Shown here: positions 48,311-58,116 of the stretch, in pieces
Numbering within the stretch: position 1 is the stretch's first letter
Layout: each line of letters starts with the position of its first letter
DNA from: a virus
Taxonomy: Duplodnaviria; Caudoviricetes
IMG/VR virus record: IMGVR_UViG_3300028423_000363
Span: 1-62,770 of that record
Strand: one strand, 5' to 3'
Length of the DNA: 62,770 nt
Translations under genes and position numbers: made by a program
Notes under the pieces: generated by a model
What the model saw: only the letters and a program-made list of their open reading frames with translations
Told to the model about the DNA's origin: nothing
Database searches by the model: none

Positions 48311-50537
48311 TATTTTAAAACAAATACTAACTTTTAAAAAAAATAAAAATGGAAAATCTAAAAAAACAATATCGCAAAAAATATGGTTATTCACCATCTG
48401 ATAATGAAATTTTAAATCTTTATTTTCAAGGTAACTTAAACCTAACAAACAAGCAGGAAAATGAAATAATAAAACATTTTAATCTTTAAAAATAAAAAAC
48501 ATGAGTGAGTTAATAGACAAAATAAATCAAAAAATAGACTTGGGTGGTTTAATATCTAGAGGTAGATATTATAAAAGATTTTGTGATGACAAAAATTATG
48601 TAGATTTTTATCATAACTACAAACCAAACGAAAAAAAATTAAGAGAAAATTACATAGACTTAATAAAATACTTTTTAGAAGACAAAGAGTTAACTAAAAA
48701 TATTGAGAGTTATCTAAAGTATAAAGAACCTTATTTTAAAGAGCAAAGAAAAAAAACAACAAACAATATGTACACTTATATTGTTGTAGATGAATTGCTA
48801 ACAATTATAAGAAAATTCAAATCTAAACAGATAGATAAAAACCTAAACTTTTGTAACTAAAATACACTAAACAAGTTACAAAAAACAACAACTTTAAAAC
48901 TAAAATTATGCATAATTCAGAAGTAAGCAAAAAAGCATTTTACAAATTGTTTGACAGCTCAGACGATTTACAATTAACAGAAAATAAAGAAACTTATATA
49001 ATGGAGAGTTATTATAATGTTGACTTAGACGTGAGCGGAGAGGCTATTTATAACCATGTCAGCTCAGTATGGCAATATTATATCGTAGATATTAACCTTT
49101 AAAACATTTAAGTTATGAAAGTAGAATTTTATAAAATAGCAACTCACAAAGGAATTGATAAACAAGGTATTGAAAGCCCATTTAAAGAATATATTTATAA
49201 TATTAGATTGGTAGGTAAAGACTATTTTAATAAGCCATATGAGTCCGATTTTTATCAATATTGTACAGTACAAAAAAACGCAAAAGACGCTAAAAAAGAT
49301 ATTGAACAAAGATTAATTAATAACGGCGTATTTGATGCTGCACTTGATGGCCAGGATATAAACCATTTAATGTAAAAAAAATATTAACTTTAAAACCTTA
49401 GACAAATGACAATTTACGATTTCAACCAGTATGATAATGACGTTGTAGAATATTTCAGAGAAAATTATCCTGACTGGGATAATGTTAAAAAACAAGACTT
49501 GCAAATTTGCTGCAATGGTACTCTTTTTGTGGGTAATACAGAATTTAAAACACCTATCAAACTCAGTGATTACGAAATTTAAAACCTAAAACAAAATGGA
49601 AATAACAAAATGCACACATGTAACAGCTACAGAAAAGAAACATTTAAAAGCATTTTTAAATAGCGGAAAAACAGACGCAAAAATAAATAGAAAATTTTAT
49701 TCTATTATCTCAGGAACACCTCAAGCAGATAAATTTCTATATAAAATTAGAATAACCACACCAATGAAGGATGATTATGGCAATAAGAAATTAGACACGC
49801 AAACAATAGAAGTTTTAAATTAAAAACATAAAACAAATGAAAATGAATACTGAAAAAATAATTTACAATAATTTAAGCATAAGAAAAATCATATATCGTT
49901 TACCTATAAACATGAGTAAAATACATAAAAAAAGATACATAAATAATTGCATTGAAGTTTATAAAAATGAATCTAAAAATTTTAATTTAGACTTATGTCA
50001 ATCATTAAGAAACGAGAATTTTAATTTAATTAAAAATTATTTATATAATAAATAAAAACCTAAAACAATGAGCAAACGAAAAAGAATAATAAAGACATTT
50101 AAAAGCCACAATAATAAAATGATGGCTTTGACAAAAAAAATAAACGACCGACGCAAATTGCTAACAAAACAAGAGCAAGTAAAGTTTAATATAAAACTAG
50201 AGTTTAAACACCCTGAAATATTTTCGTAATGAAACCAGAAGAAAAAGATTTATTTTTTAATCAAGAACAATTACCTCAAAACGTAAAGCAAATAGTTTTC
50301 GAAATGAGTGAAGTAGAAATTAACGAGGGATTTGATTATAAAAAATGTAACAAATATCAATCACAACTAGAAAAACTAGGCTACACTTTTGACTATGAAC
50401 TAGACGCAACGCCTTACAATTTACAAAAAATAAAACAATGAAACCAGTAACAAAAACACTTAACACAGGTTTAAAAGTAACACAAACCTACTGCAAGAAG
50501 AAACAAACCGTAATAATAACCGTAAATAAATAAACAA

Positions 50538-50885
50538 ATGGAAACTTTTTTAAACACACTACACACAGACATAGACTTAACTTACATCTATAATCAAGAC
50601 ATGACCTTCGAAGAGTTTGAAGAGGCTGTCACAGAATACATAAGAGGTGAAGAAATTATATATTATTATAAAGCTATGGAGTTATTGCAAGAGCACGACC
50701 CAAGCCTTAATCATAGCTTAGAATTAGCCAACGAATTAGGTTACACAACGGACAATATAAATAGTGAATTGTTAGCAACCTTATTATATCAAGACATATT
50801 ACAAGATGAATGGTTTGAAATAAGAGACGAAGTACAAGAAAAGTTTGAAGAACTTGAAGAAGAAGAACTAAACGAAACATTTTAA
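50538..50885 (+). CDS. Highly acidic early protein, Ocr-like DNA-mimic candidate
   Basis: 115 aa, very D/E-rich, with EEIIYYYKAMELL motif and acidic tail. Confidence 0.5.
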   Translation: METFLNTLHTDIDLTYIYNQDMTFEEFEEAVTEYIRGEEIIYYYKAMELLQEHDPSLNHSLELANELGYTTDNINSELLATLLYQDILQDEWFEIRDEVQEKFEELEEEELNETF

Positions 50886-51432
50886 AAGACAAGACAATGA
50901 AAACATTTGAATTACAACCACTAAAAAGAAAATCCTTTTATGGCAAAGCTCAAGTATTACAAACGCCTGAAGGACATTTATACTTAGACAGCTACAACAC
51001 TAGAGTAGCAACCTACACAAAGGAAGGACATTTCGAGGTAACAAAAGACGAAAGCCTTTTAACTAATACAACACTTCGACATATAAGAGCTTTTCAGAAC
51101 TATGTAGGACTAAAACCACAAACAAAACAAGAACTTTTAAAATCTTAGACAAATGACAATACAATTAGCAAAAACAAACAAAGAAACAATAGGAGTTTAT
51201 AGAGACCACTCCGAAAAAATAGGACATATAAAGCCTAGCGATGTTGCTCAGGCTTTTGATTGGAATGGTGCAGACGTACTCAACTTCTTTGCCGAAACAT
51301 TAGTTGAATGTAACTACCATACAGAAGCTATACAAATAAAAGAAATGATAAAGTTAAATAACAAAACACAATTTGATTTTAGACCATCACTTTAAACTTA
51401 AACATTTTAACATAAACTAAAAACCTAGACAA

Positions 51433-51942
51433 ATGAAAAAATTATTTTTAATCTCAGTAATATTAATTACTGCAATCGCAAAAGGACAAACACAAACCAA
51501 CAGACTAGATTTAATCTTACTACAAGATATTAAACTAGCTATGCAAGGACACGAAAAAACTAGTAAAGATAGTTTTACTACAGATATTAGACTTTCTGCA
51601 AGGCTAAACAGTACACAAAATTACACAGGTCATTGGTTCTTAGCTCCAGAGATAGAATACGCAGATCTCAACATTAGATTTATTAGATATAGCGCAAACA
51701 TAGGTTATAAGTTTAATAGATTTCATGATGAAATATCTTTAAGTATATCAGGTGGTTATGGTTTAATTGATAGAGAGGGACAAGCTTATCAATCAATAGG
51801 TATAGATGTTTTCTTAGAATACGAAATAACTAAACGATTATCTTTAACATTAAATAACCAAACACTAGAGAGAAAAGATGTTAAGAGTAAAGACATTGTT
51901 AATTCTTTTTTCTTAGGTGTAAACATTAAACTATTCAATTAA
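51433..51942 (+). CDS. Signal-peptide outer-membrane beta-barrel-like protein
   Basis: MKKLFLISVILITAIAKG signal, alternating beta strands (YSANIGYKF, IGIDVFLEY), terminal FFLGVNIKLFN. Confidence 0.6.
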   Translation: MKKLFLISVILITAIAKGQTQTNRLDLILLQDIKLAMQGHEKTSKDSFTTDIRLSARLNSTQNYTGHWFLAPEIEYADLNIRFIRYSANIGYKFNRFHDEISLSISGGYGLIDREGQAYQSIGIDVFLEYEITKRLSLTLNNQTLERKDVKSKDIVNSFFLGVNIKLFN

Positions 51943-53793
51943 TAATTAAATCTTAGACAAATGGCAATTTTAGAATTAAACAAAGAACAATTAAACAACT
52001 ACTTAGAGAAATTAGTATTAACAAGATTCGAATATCTACATAACTTAGAAAGTTTTATATCTGAAGATATAGGTCTAAGTATAAAGTTACAAAGAAAAGA
52101 AGCAGACCTTGACACTTTAAGTGACTTTTGCTTAATAGGTAATATTAATATAAATGGTGCTGACTTAGCTTTTATAGATATATACTACTTGATAGATAAT
52201 AAATTAAACTATTTAATTACAGAAGTAAACGTAGAATATACTTAAATCTTAGACAAATGAAATTAGACTATTCAAAAATCGAAAATGTAGAAGTAGACGG
52301 AATAAATGGTTGGGATTATCCTGACTTTTCAGACGCATACATAGCAAGTGCTGACTACAACGGCAGAGGAATGACCGAAGAAGAGTTAAACATTATTAAC
52401 GAAGACTCTCAGTTTGTTTTTGAGCAAGTAGAAAGCCATCTATTTTAGTATGCAAGACAATAAAAAGTTTAGGTTAGCAGTAGCAATAATATACTTAACT
52501 GTGTTTTTATTGTTACTGTCTATAACCTTATCGCAATTCAAGCTAACATCTAATATCAACATAACAATGTTATTAGGTTCTCTGACAATAATATCATTTA
52601 TCCTTTTTAGGAAAGCAGTATATCAATATTTAAACAAAGATTAATTATGGATTTAGACGTAACACATAATATTAAAATATGCGACTTCAAGCATATTAAT
52701 GAAGCCATCTATGAAATAGAGATAGGCGAGACAATTCACGATTGTAGAAAATTTACAGGCTTCGTCAATAATCAAAAAGTAAGAGGTTTAATAACTAAAG
52801 ACAATAAAAAATTACACTCAATAACTTATGAGCAGTCATATAGATAACGTACTAAGACTCGTTAATAAAACAAAATCAAAAATAAAAGTTGATAGTAATA
52901 AACGCTTACAATGGAAGTTATCAGCGTATAAAGTTTTACTTGAATTAACGACGTGGGACATAAAGTGTGAAGAGCTTAACTATTTACTTGACGGAGACTT
53001 CGACAATTTACACGAAGCAAAAACAATATCAATAGGTAAGATAAGTTACACAGATTCAGTGTTATATTTCAAAACATTCTTGTATGAAGGAGAACTTTTC
53101 GTTATATTTACCACCTCAAGAAATGATTTAGGTGTGATATTTAAACCAAATAGCGATAAATATTATAACCTGCCTTTGGTTTACTGTTTAGTAGATGACA
53201 AAGTTTACGATAATATATACGACTTTGAACACATTACAGATCACAAAGGAAACAATATAGATATTAAAAACTCAAAACTAATTATTACAGACTTTACTTA
53301 TGGATAGAGACGAATATTTCGAAGAAGAATACAGAAATAAAGAACAAGACCTTAGACTTAAAGAAATGGAATTAGAAGAGCAAATGTACTTTCACGAATT
53401 TAAAAACGAAGGCAATTTCTTTGGAAGACAAAAGTTCACTAAAAAATACTAAAAAATGGAACTATTTAAGAACACAATTAAACAGGCGATCGAGAAGTAC
53501 GACTTTACCAATCAAATTGAGCATTACGACCAGAAAATATTTGAGTTAAGCATCGGTGATATGCCAATGGAAATCTTAAACGAATCTGTAGGTAACGACA
53601 CGCTTATTTTGGAGTTGATATTTGACTTCAGAGGAGAAATAGAGGGCGATGATGTTAGGGTTTGTGAAGACTTATATTTAAGAGCTGTTAGCCTGTTTTT
53701 ATTTAACAATGGCGAAGAGCTTAAATTTGACACTGACTTGTTTTATGATGATGTCAAAGATTCTTTAATTCAATCTATGAATGATTTTGTAAT

Positions 53794-54135
53794 GTGGCAA
53801 TAAAAAATAAAAAAATGACAGAAGCAGATAAAATATTAAATAAGCATTTAACTGATAATGAAGCTAAATATATAGCTGATAAAAGATTTCTTTACGACAG
53901 TTTGATAAACGCAATAAATGAAGCATTAGCTACATCTCGTGTTAGCAGTAGCTTATTAGAAATAACACTTGAAGAATGGGAACACACTTGTGACGATGGC
54001 TGCTGTTATTCTTACGGTGAAGATATATATCTAAATGGTGAGAAATTAGACGAGCAAAATGCTGAAGATAGTAGGAATGCATTAACAGCAGTACTTACAA
54101 GGTTAGGTTATGACGTTGAAATAAATTACCGCTAA
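53794..54135 (+). CDS. Hypothetical protein reading in frame into the first cassette of array 2
   Basis: GTT 53941 is an in-frame Val (ATSRVSSS); stop lies in GCTAAC. Likely start ATG 53815. Confidence 0.7.
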   Translation: MAIKNKKMTEADKILNKHLTDNEAKYIADKRFLYDSLINAINEALATSRVSSSLLEITLEEWEHTCDDGCCYSYGEDIYLNGEKLDEQNAEDSRNALTAVLTRLGYDVEINYR

Positions 54136-54200
54136 CTGGTGGCGTATAAGATTTGCGCCTTTTCAGCCGAGTAAGTTCAGCGTAAATTTTATGCGCTGTT
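54134..54200. repeat. attC-like site (67 bp)
   Basis: AAC-TGGTG-GCGTATAAGATTTGCGC-21 nt-GCGTAAATTTTATGCGC-T-GTT. Confidence 0.78.
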
Positions 54201-54249
54201 ATGCACTGGCACGGATTAATAAATAATAACTTAAATTCAACTTAATAAA

Positions 54250-54543
54250 ATGAAAAAGCCTACAACAGAGTGTTCAATTTCGGTACAAAAAAAATCAGAA
54301 ATAACTCGTGTATTTTTAGAAAGTCAAGGATGGAAATTGATTGAAGAAAAACCACTATTTGAATCTTTTGAGCATACTAAAAATCCTTACTTAAAATGCT
54401 CTATTGGATTGTACGGTGGTTTTTCTGTAGTAGAATTACACTGGTGCAACAAAACGCCTGAAAGAGAATTTTCGACAATCAATAACGAACTAACTATTAA
54501 TGATTATCACACAATCATTCGCCTGTTAAATGTACGGGTGTAG
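54250..54543 (+). CDS. Cassette-encoded hypothetical protein
   Basis: 97 aa, between GTTATGCACTGGCAC and GTGCTTGTGCATAAC. Confidence 0.75.
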   Translation: MKKPTTECSISVQKKSEITRVFLESQGWKLIEEKPLFESFEHTKNPYLKCSIGLYGGFSVVELHWCNKTPEREFSTINNELTINDYHTIIRLLNVRV

Positions 54544-54554
54544 TGCTTGTGCAT

Positions 54555-54620
54555 AACATTCCAGTGCTATGAAAAGTGCCTTTAGGGAATAAGTGATTAG
54601 CATTTTTTATAGCACGTGTT
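54555..54620. repeat. attC-like site (66 bp)
   Basis: AAC-ATTCCA-GTGCTATGAAAAGTGC-20 nt-GCATTTTTTATAGCAC-GT-GTT. Confidence 0.78.
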
Positions 54621-54667
54621 AGCTGACGAAGTGAACAGTAAAATATTAATGGATTAAAAAAAGAATT

Positions 54668-55258
54668 ATGAAAAATTGGACTGGAAATAAAAACAGTATT
54701 TATAAAACTTTAGGTTCGAGTAACCACACAGAAAAAAGCCGTGAGCAACATGACTATTATGCAACCGACCCAAAAGCAGCCGAATTACTTTTGGAATTAG
54801 AAAGCTTTGAAAATGTATTAGAGCCTTCTTGTGGTGAGGGACATTTAAGTAAAGTTTTTGTTGATGCAGGAATTAATGTTACAAGTAGCGACTTAATTGA
54901 TAGAAATTACGGAACTCAAAAAAGTTTTTTTGACTACGAAAAATGGAATGGCGATATAGTTACAAACCCACCTTACAAATATGGGCTTGAATTTGTAGAA
55001 CACGCTTTGAAAATAATACCTAATGGAAATAAAGTTGCGATGTTTTTAAAACTGCAATTTCTTGAAGGTAAGAAACGAAAAAAACTTTTTGTAGATAAAC
55101 CACCTAAAAAACTTTACGTATCTAGTAGTAGGCTGCTTTGTGCAAAAAACGCTGATTTTGAAGGTATGCGAAAAGGTGGCGGTAGTGCCGTTGCTTACGG
55201 CTGGTTTGTTTGGCAAAAAGGTTTTAAAGGACTTTCGCAAATAGAATGGTTTAATTAA
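54668..55258 (+). CDS. Cassette-borne small DNA amino-methyltransferase (probably N6-adenine)
   Basis: DYYATDP, SAM-binding LEPSCGEG, catalytic VTNPPY. Confidence 0.8.
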   Translation: MKNWTGNKNSIYKTLGSSNHTEKSREQHDYYATDPKAAELLLELESFENVLEPSCGEGHLSKVFVDAGINVTSSDLIDRNYGTQKSFFDYEKWNGDIVTNPPYKYGLEFVEHALKIIPNGNKVAMFLKLQFLEGKKRKKLFVDKPPKKLYVSSSRLLCAKNADFEGMRKGGGSAVAYGWFVWQKGFKGLSQIEWFN

Positions 55259-55274
55259 TATTTTATTGCAGGCT

Positions 55275-55562
55275 AACGTAAAAGTATAACAGTAGTAACG
55301 GAAATATTAATAACTAAATTTTTTAAATATGAAAGCAAAACTAATATATAATGGTGAAGAAACTGCAGAAACACAAGAAGTTGATTTACCACAAATACCA
55401 AGGGTAGGCGACGGTTTTTGTGTTTTAATAGACAATGTAGAAAAGCGAGTATTTGCTTCTTGTGTGGTGGAAAGCATAGACTGGTGGATTGAAAATGGTA
55501 AACTGCGAAATGTAGAAATTTATTTAAAAGACGAAGAATAGTTATTACTGTTATGCATTGTT
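55275..55562. repeat. attC-like site with a complete ORF in its loop
   Basis: Arms identical to 3020-3312. Confidence 0.75.
55329..55541 (+). CDS. Hypothetical protein inside the attC-like loop
   Basis: 70 aa (PQIPRVGD motif); stop TAG overlaps the right arm. Confidence 0.75.
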   Translation: MKAKLIYNGEETAETQEVDLPQIPRVGDGFCVLIDNVEKRVFASCVVESIDWWIENGKLRNVEIYLKDEE

Positions 55563-55670
55563 ATATATCTGGTGGTGGCTAGTAAGACCTTAGCGGATGA
55601 TGAATGCACTTGATGCGATTCTGGTTTGGCGAAAATATGGGTTTATTAACCTGTGCCACCACTTGTATAT

Positions 55671-55734
55671 AACTGGTGGCGTATAAAATAAGCCAGCGCA
55701 ACACTGGTTAATTCGGCTTGTTTTATGCGCTGTT
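55671..55734. repeat. attC-like site (64 bp)
   Basis: AAC-TGGTG-GCGTATAAAATAAGCC-20 nt-GGCTTGTTTTATGCGC-T-GTT. Confidence 0.78.
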
Positions 55735-55796
55735 GTAAAGCGTTTTTCAATTCAAATTTTTTAAATTCAAATATTAATCAATTAAATAAAATAAAA

Positions 55797-56369
55797 ATGA
55801 AAAAATTATTAAAATCATTAGACAAAAAAATATCAGTTAGACAAGCTGGTACAGGAACAATTTATGTTTCTTTTGACGGTAAAAAAATAAGAATTGCTAA
55901 TCATGAACCTAATAGATCAATGAAAAGACAAAGAGGTTCAGCAGATCTTGAAATCTACACTCACGATTTAGTAGGTAAAGAAATAAATTCTAAGTATGAT
56001 GTTGTAGAAAAAGTAGCAGATTTTTTAAATATTGAAATTAAAGGACCTACAAAGTCAGCTATTACACGTTTTAGAAATAAAGAATTAGAAAAATCAAAAA
56101 AACTTGCTAGAATAGAAATTGAAAATGAAAAGGAAATGAAAGAAATACAAGATCGAATTAAAAAGTTTTATTCTAAAATAAAAAAGCTGACTAAAGGCAA
56201 AGAAAAAGAACTTAAACAATTATATGCTGAAGCTGAAAAATATGGCGATTTAGGCTCTAATGGATCAAAAAGAAGAAAAAGACGTACATCATATTTTAAA
56301 AGAGAATTCAAAAATAGGTTTGGAATAGAAGCAACGCCTTCAGATGTTAAAAATGCAATTAATTCTTAA
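55797..56369 (+). CDS. Cassette-encoded basic hypothetical protein
   Basis: Likely start MKKLL at 55797; TGTIYV...KIRIANH motif; flanked by GTTGTAAAGC/GCTTTACAAC. Confidence 0.7.
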   Translation: MKKLLKSLDKKISVRQAGTGTIYVSFDGKKIRIANHEPNRSMKRQRGSADLEIYTHDLVGKEINSKYDVVEKVADFLNIEIKGPTKSAITRFRNKELEKSKKLARIEIENEKEMKEIQDRIKKFYSKIKKLTKGKEKELKQLYAEAEKYGDLGSNGSKRRKRRTSYFKREFKNRFGIEATPSDVKNAINS

Positions 56370-56413
56370 TGCTTTACAACACGTAATAACAACACATAAA
56401 CACTTAAACCCTT

Positions 56414-56686
56414 ATGAATACTACAAAACAAAAAAATAAAGAGTTTGAAAATGAACTATTTTATGATAGTTTCAAAACAAAAAAGTTAAGAAGTGAACTA
56501 TCAAAGGAAGCTAAGACTGCTATTGAAATCAGGAAAGAAAACACAACTCAAAAAGATGTAGCCGATACCTTAGAAATACCACTAACAAAGATTAAACAAG
56601 TTGAGAATGGCACTTGCAAAGATATAGATGCTATTCTTAATTACATAGGTTATCTCAATTACAAATCAATAATAATTATTAACTGA
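56414..56686 (+). CDS. XRE-family HTH protein
   Basis: TQKDVADTLEIPLTKIKQVENG. Confidence 0.7.
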   Translation: MNTTKQKNKEFENELFYDSFKTKKLRSELSKEAKTAIEIRKENTTQKDVADTLEIPLTKIKQVENGTCKDIDAILNYIGYLNYKSIIIIN

Positions 56687-56691
56687 TTTTT

Positions 56692-56722
56692 AAAAAAAAG
56701 AGAGGCGTTTAAACCTCTCTTT
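56692..56722. terminator. Terminator between convergent genes
   Basis: AAAAAAAAGAGAGG-CGTTTAAA-CCTCTCTTT. Confidence 0.75.
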
Positions 56723-56728
56723 AAATAT

Positions 56729-57463
56729 TTATTTTAACTTAGTCTTCAGAAACTTAGCCAACTTTTGACCTTCTTTGGTTTTCATATAAGACTTTAAAGT
56801 TTCTTCGACATCACTGTTAAAAGGAACTTCTAAAACTAAATCTTCACCTGCATAAATTTTATCAGACTTCTTAGTTAACAGTCCGTGAGACAAGGCATCA
56901 CTAGCTAAAGCTAACAAACTTAAATCTTCGTCATTAGCTAATTCAATTATAGTCTCAGGGTCTTTCTTAGCTTCAACTAATAAATCTCTTTTAAGTTCTG
57001 TCGATGTAAGTTTCTTAGACTTACCTCCGAATACAGCTAAACCTAATGCGGATAATTCATCTGTAGAACAATCGAAGATACATTTCTTAGCGTTAAATTC
57101 TAACTCTTCACGATCAAACTCTTCCGAAGCTTTTGCTTCAGGGTCAAACTCTTCAAACAACAATCCGTTGTGAGGATGCTTAGACAAGAACTCTTGAAGA
57201 ACCATGTTGGTTTTCGGAACTTTTAAAACTCCGTCAATCATAGCAACACGACCTAATATAGACTCGCCTTGTTGCTCATCCATAAAAATTGATTGTTGAT
57301 TAGTACAATAGCGAAGACTTCTAGGATTACCTTTACTGTCAACCCATTGCAAAGGATTGTTTTGAGTGTGTGCTGTTCTAATTGTTAAGGAAGCACTTCT
57401 TTTCCCTTTCTGAACGTATGTGCGATCTTTACGCTCTACGCTCGTTTTCTTTTTTACTGGCAT
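56729..57463 (-). CDS. Conserved flavobacterial-phage protein (isolated minus-strand gene with own promoter)
   Basis: KDRTY...LRYCTNQQSIFMDEQ...LQEFL..HP...ELKRDLL; promoter box at 57492. Confidence 0.6.
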   Translation of the reverse strand: MPVKKKTSVERKDRTYVQKGKRSASLTIRTAHTQNNPLQWVDSKGNPRSLRYCTNQQSIFMDEQQGESILGRVAMIDGVLKVPKTNMVLQEFLSKHPHNGLLFEEFDPEAKASEEFDREELEFNAKKCIFDCSTDELSALGLAVFGGKSKKLTSTELKRDLLVEAKKDPETIIELANDEDLSLLALASDALSHGLLTKKSDKIYAGEDLVLEVPFNSDVEETLKSYMKTKEGQKLAKFLKTKLK

Positions 57464-57506
57464 AATTAATTTAATTTATTTAATATAAATACAAAGATAC
57501 AAAATA

Positions 57507-57722
57507 ATGAAAACAAAAATCAGAACACCAGAGCAACAAAAGATTGCTCAATTAAATCAACAAAACGTAATAATTAAAAACGAAAACAAAAAACTAATAA
57601 AAATTGCACTTCACTATAAGCATAAATCAGAAAAATTGCATAACGAGTTAATCAAATATAAATCTATAAGTGGTTTTTATAAGTTTTTTAACATAAAATC
57701 TTGGTTTAACAAGTATAAATAA
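57507..57722 (+). CDS. Hypothetical coiled-coil protein
   Basis: 71-aa ORF. Confidence 0.5.
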   Translation: MKTKIRTPEQQKIAQLNQQNVIIKNENKKLIKIALHYKHKSEKLHNELIKYKSISGFYKFFNIKSWFNKYK

Positions 57723-57754
57723 TTATTTTTGTAATCAATTAAATACATATATAT

Positions 57755-58048
57755 ATGCAAATTTTAAATTTTAGTATCAATTTAGACAAGATTGACAAAA
57801 GTAAAATCGTGAAAGGTCAAAAAGGTAAGTATTACAATATTACTGCCTTTGTATCTGACGAGGAAGATCAATTCGGAAACAACGTTTCTGTAATTACATC
57901 TCAAACTAAAGAAGAGAGAGAGGCTAAAGAAGAGAGAACTTACTTAGGTAATGGTAAGGTGGCTTACGATTCTAACGGAGGAGGCCCTACTTCTAATGAT
58001 TCAAACTCTTCAAACGAGGAAGATGAAGATGATGATTTACCTTTTTAG
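57755..58048 (+). CDS. Single-stranded DNA-binding protein-like
   Basis: SINLDKIDK...KGKY...DQFGN...YLGNGK and acidic tail DDDLPF. Confidence 0.7.
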   Translation: MQILNFSINLDKIDKSKIVKGQKGKYYNITAFVSDEEDQFGNNVSVITSQTKEEREAKEERTYLGNGKVAYDSNGGGPTSNDSNSSNEEDEDDDLPF

Positions 58049-58067
58049 TCAAAGAGAAACAACAACT

Positions 58068-58093
58068 AAGGAGGTGTAATAGCCTCCTTTTTT
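58068..58093 (+). terminator. Intrinsic terminator
   Basis: AAGGAGG-TGTAATAG-CCTCCTTTTTT. Confidence 0.75.
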
Positions 58094-58116
58094 ATTAATC
58101 TTTAAAACAAATAACA

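Larger units (their letters stand above)
48349..53803 (+). other. Early-gene cluster of ~25 small co-oriented hypothetical ORFs
   Basis: Tightly packed small ORFs with A-rich, SD-less leaders and a strong A skew. Confidence 0.75.
53941..56398. mobile_element. Integron-like gene-cassette array 2 (5 cassette bodies, 4 attC-like sites, terminal attI-like motif)
   Basis: Cores: GTTAGCAGTA 53941/TACCGCTAAC 54136; GTTATGCAC 54198/GTGCATAAC 54557; GTTAGC 54618/GCTAAC 55277; GTTATATA 55560/TATATAAC 55673; GTTGTAAAGC 55732/GCTTTACAAC 56380. Confidence 0.8.
13648..57499 (-). promoter_or_regulatory. Bacteroidota primary-sigma '-7' boxes (TAnnTTTG) on the minus strand at 13648, 19496, 22109, 27979, 32034, 33891, 40419, 43766, 45229, 57492
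   Basis: CAAAGATA/CAAATATA on +, each in a short intergenic gap just upstream of a minus-strand start codon. Confidence 0.8.

Noticed and set aside
3360-55734. The attC-like hairpins as simple rho-independent terminators
   Set aside because: No U-tracts, loops of 20 nt or more, and invariant AAC/GTT cores with cassette-specific complementarity that termination would not explain.
55725-55796. N-terminal extension MRCCKAFF of ORF 55725 as a third in-frame crossover fusion
   Set aside because: The GTT core is not in frame, and ATG 55797 has the typical A-rich leader.
2661-56398. CRISPR array interpretation of the repeated hairpins
   Set aside because: Repeats are not identical direct repeats, spacing is irregular and gene-sized, and there are no cas genes.
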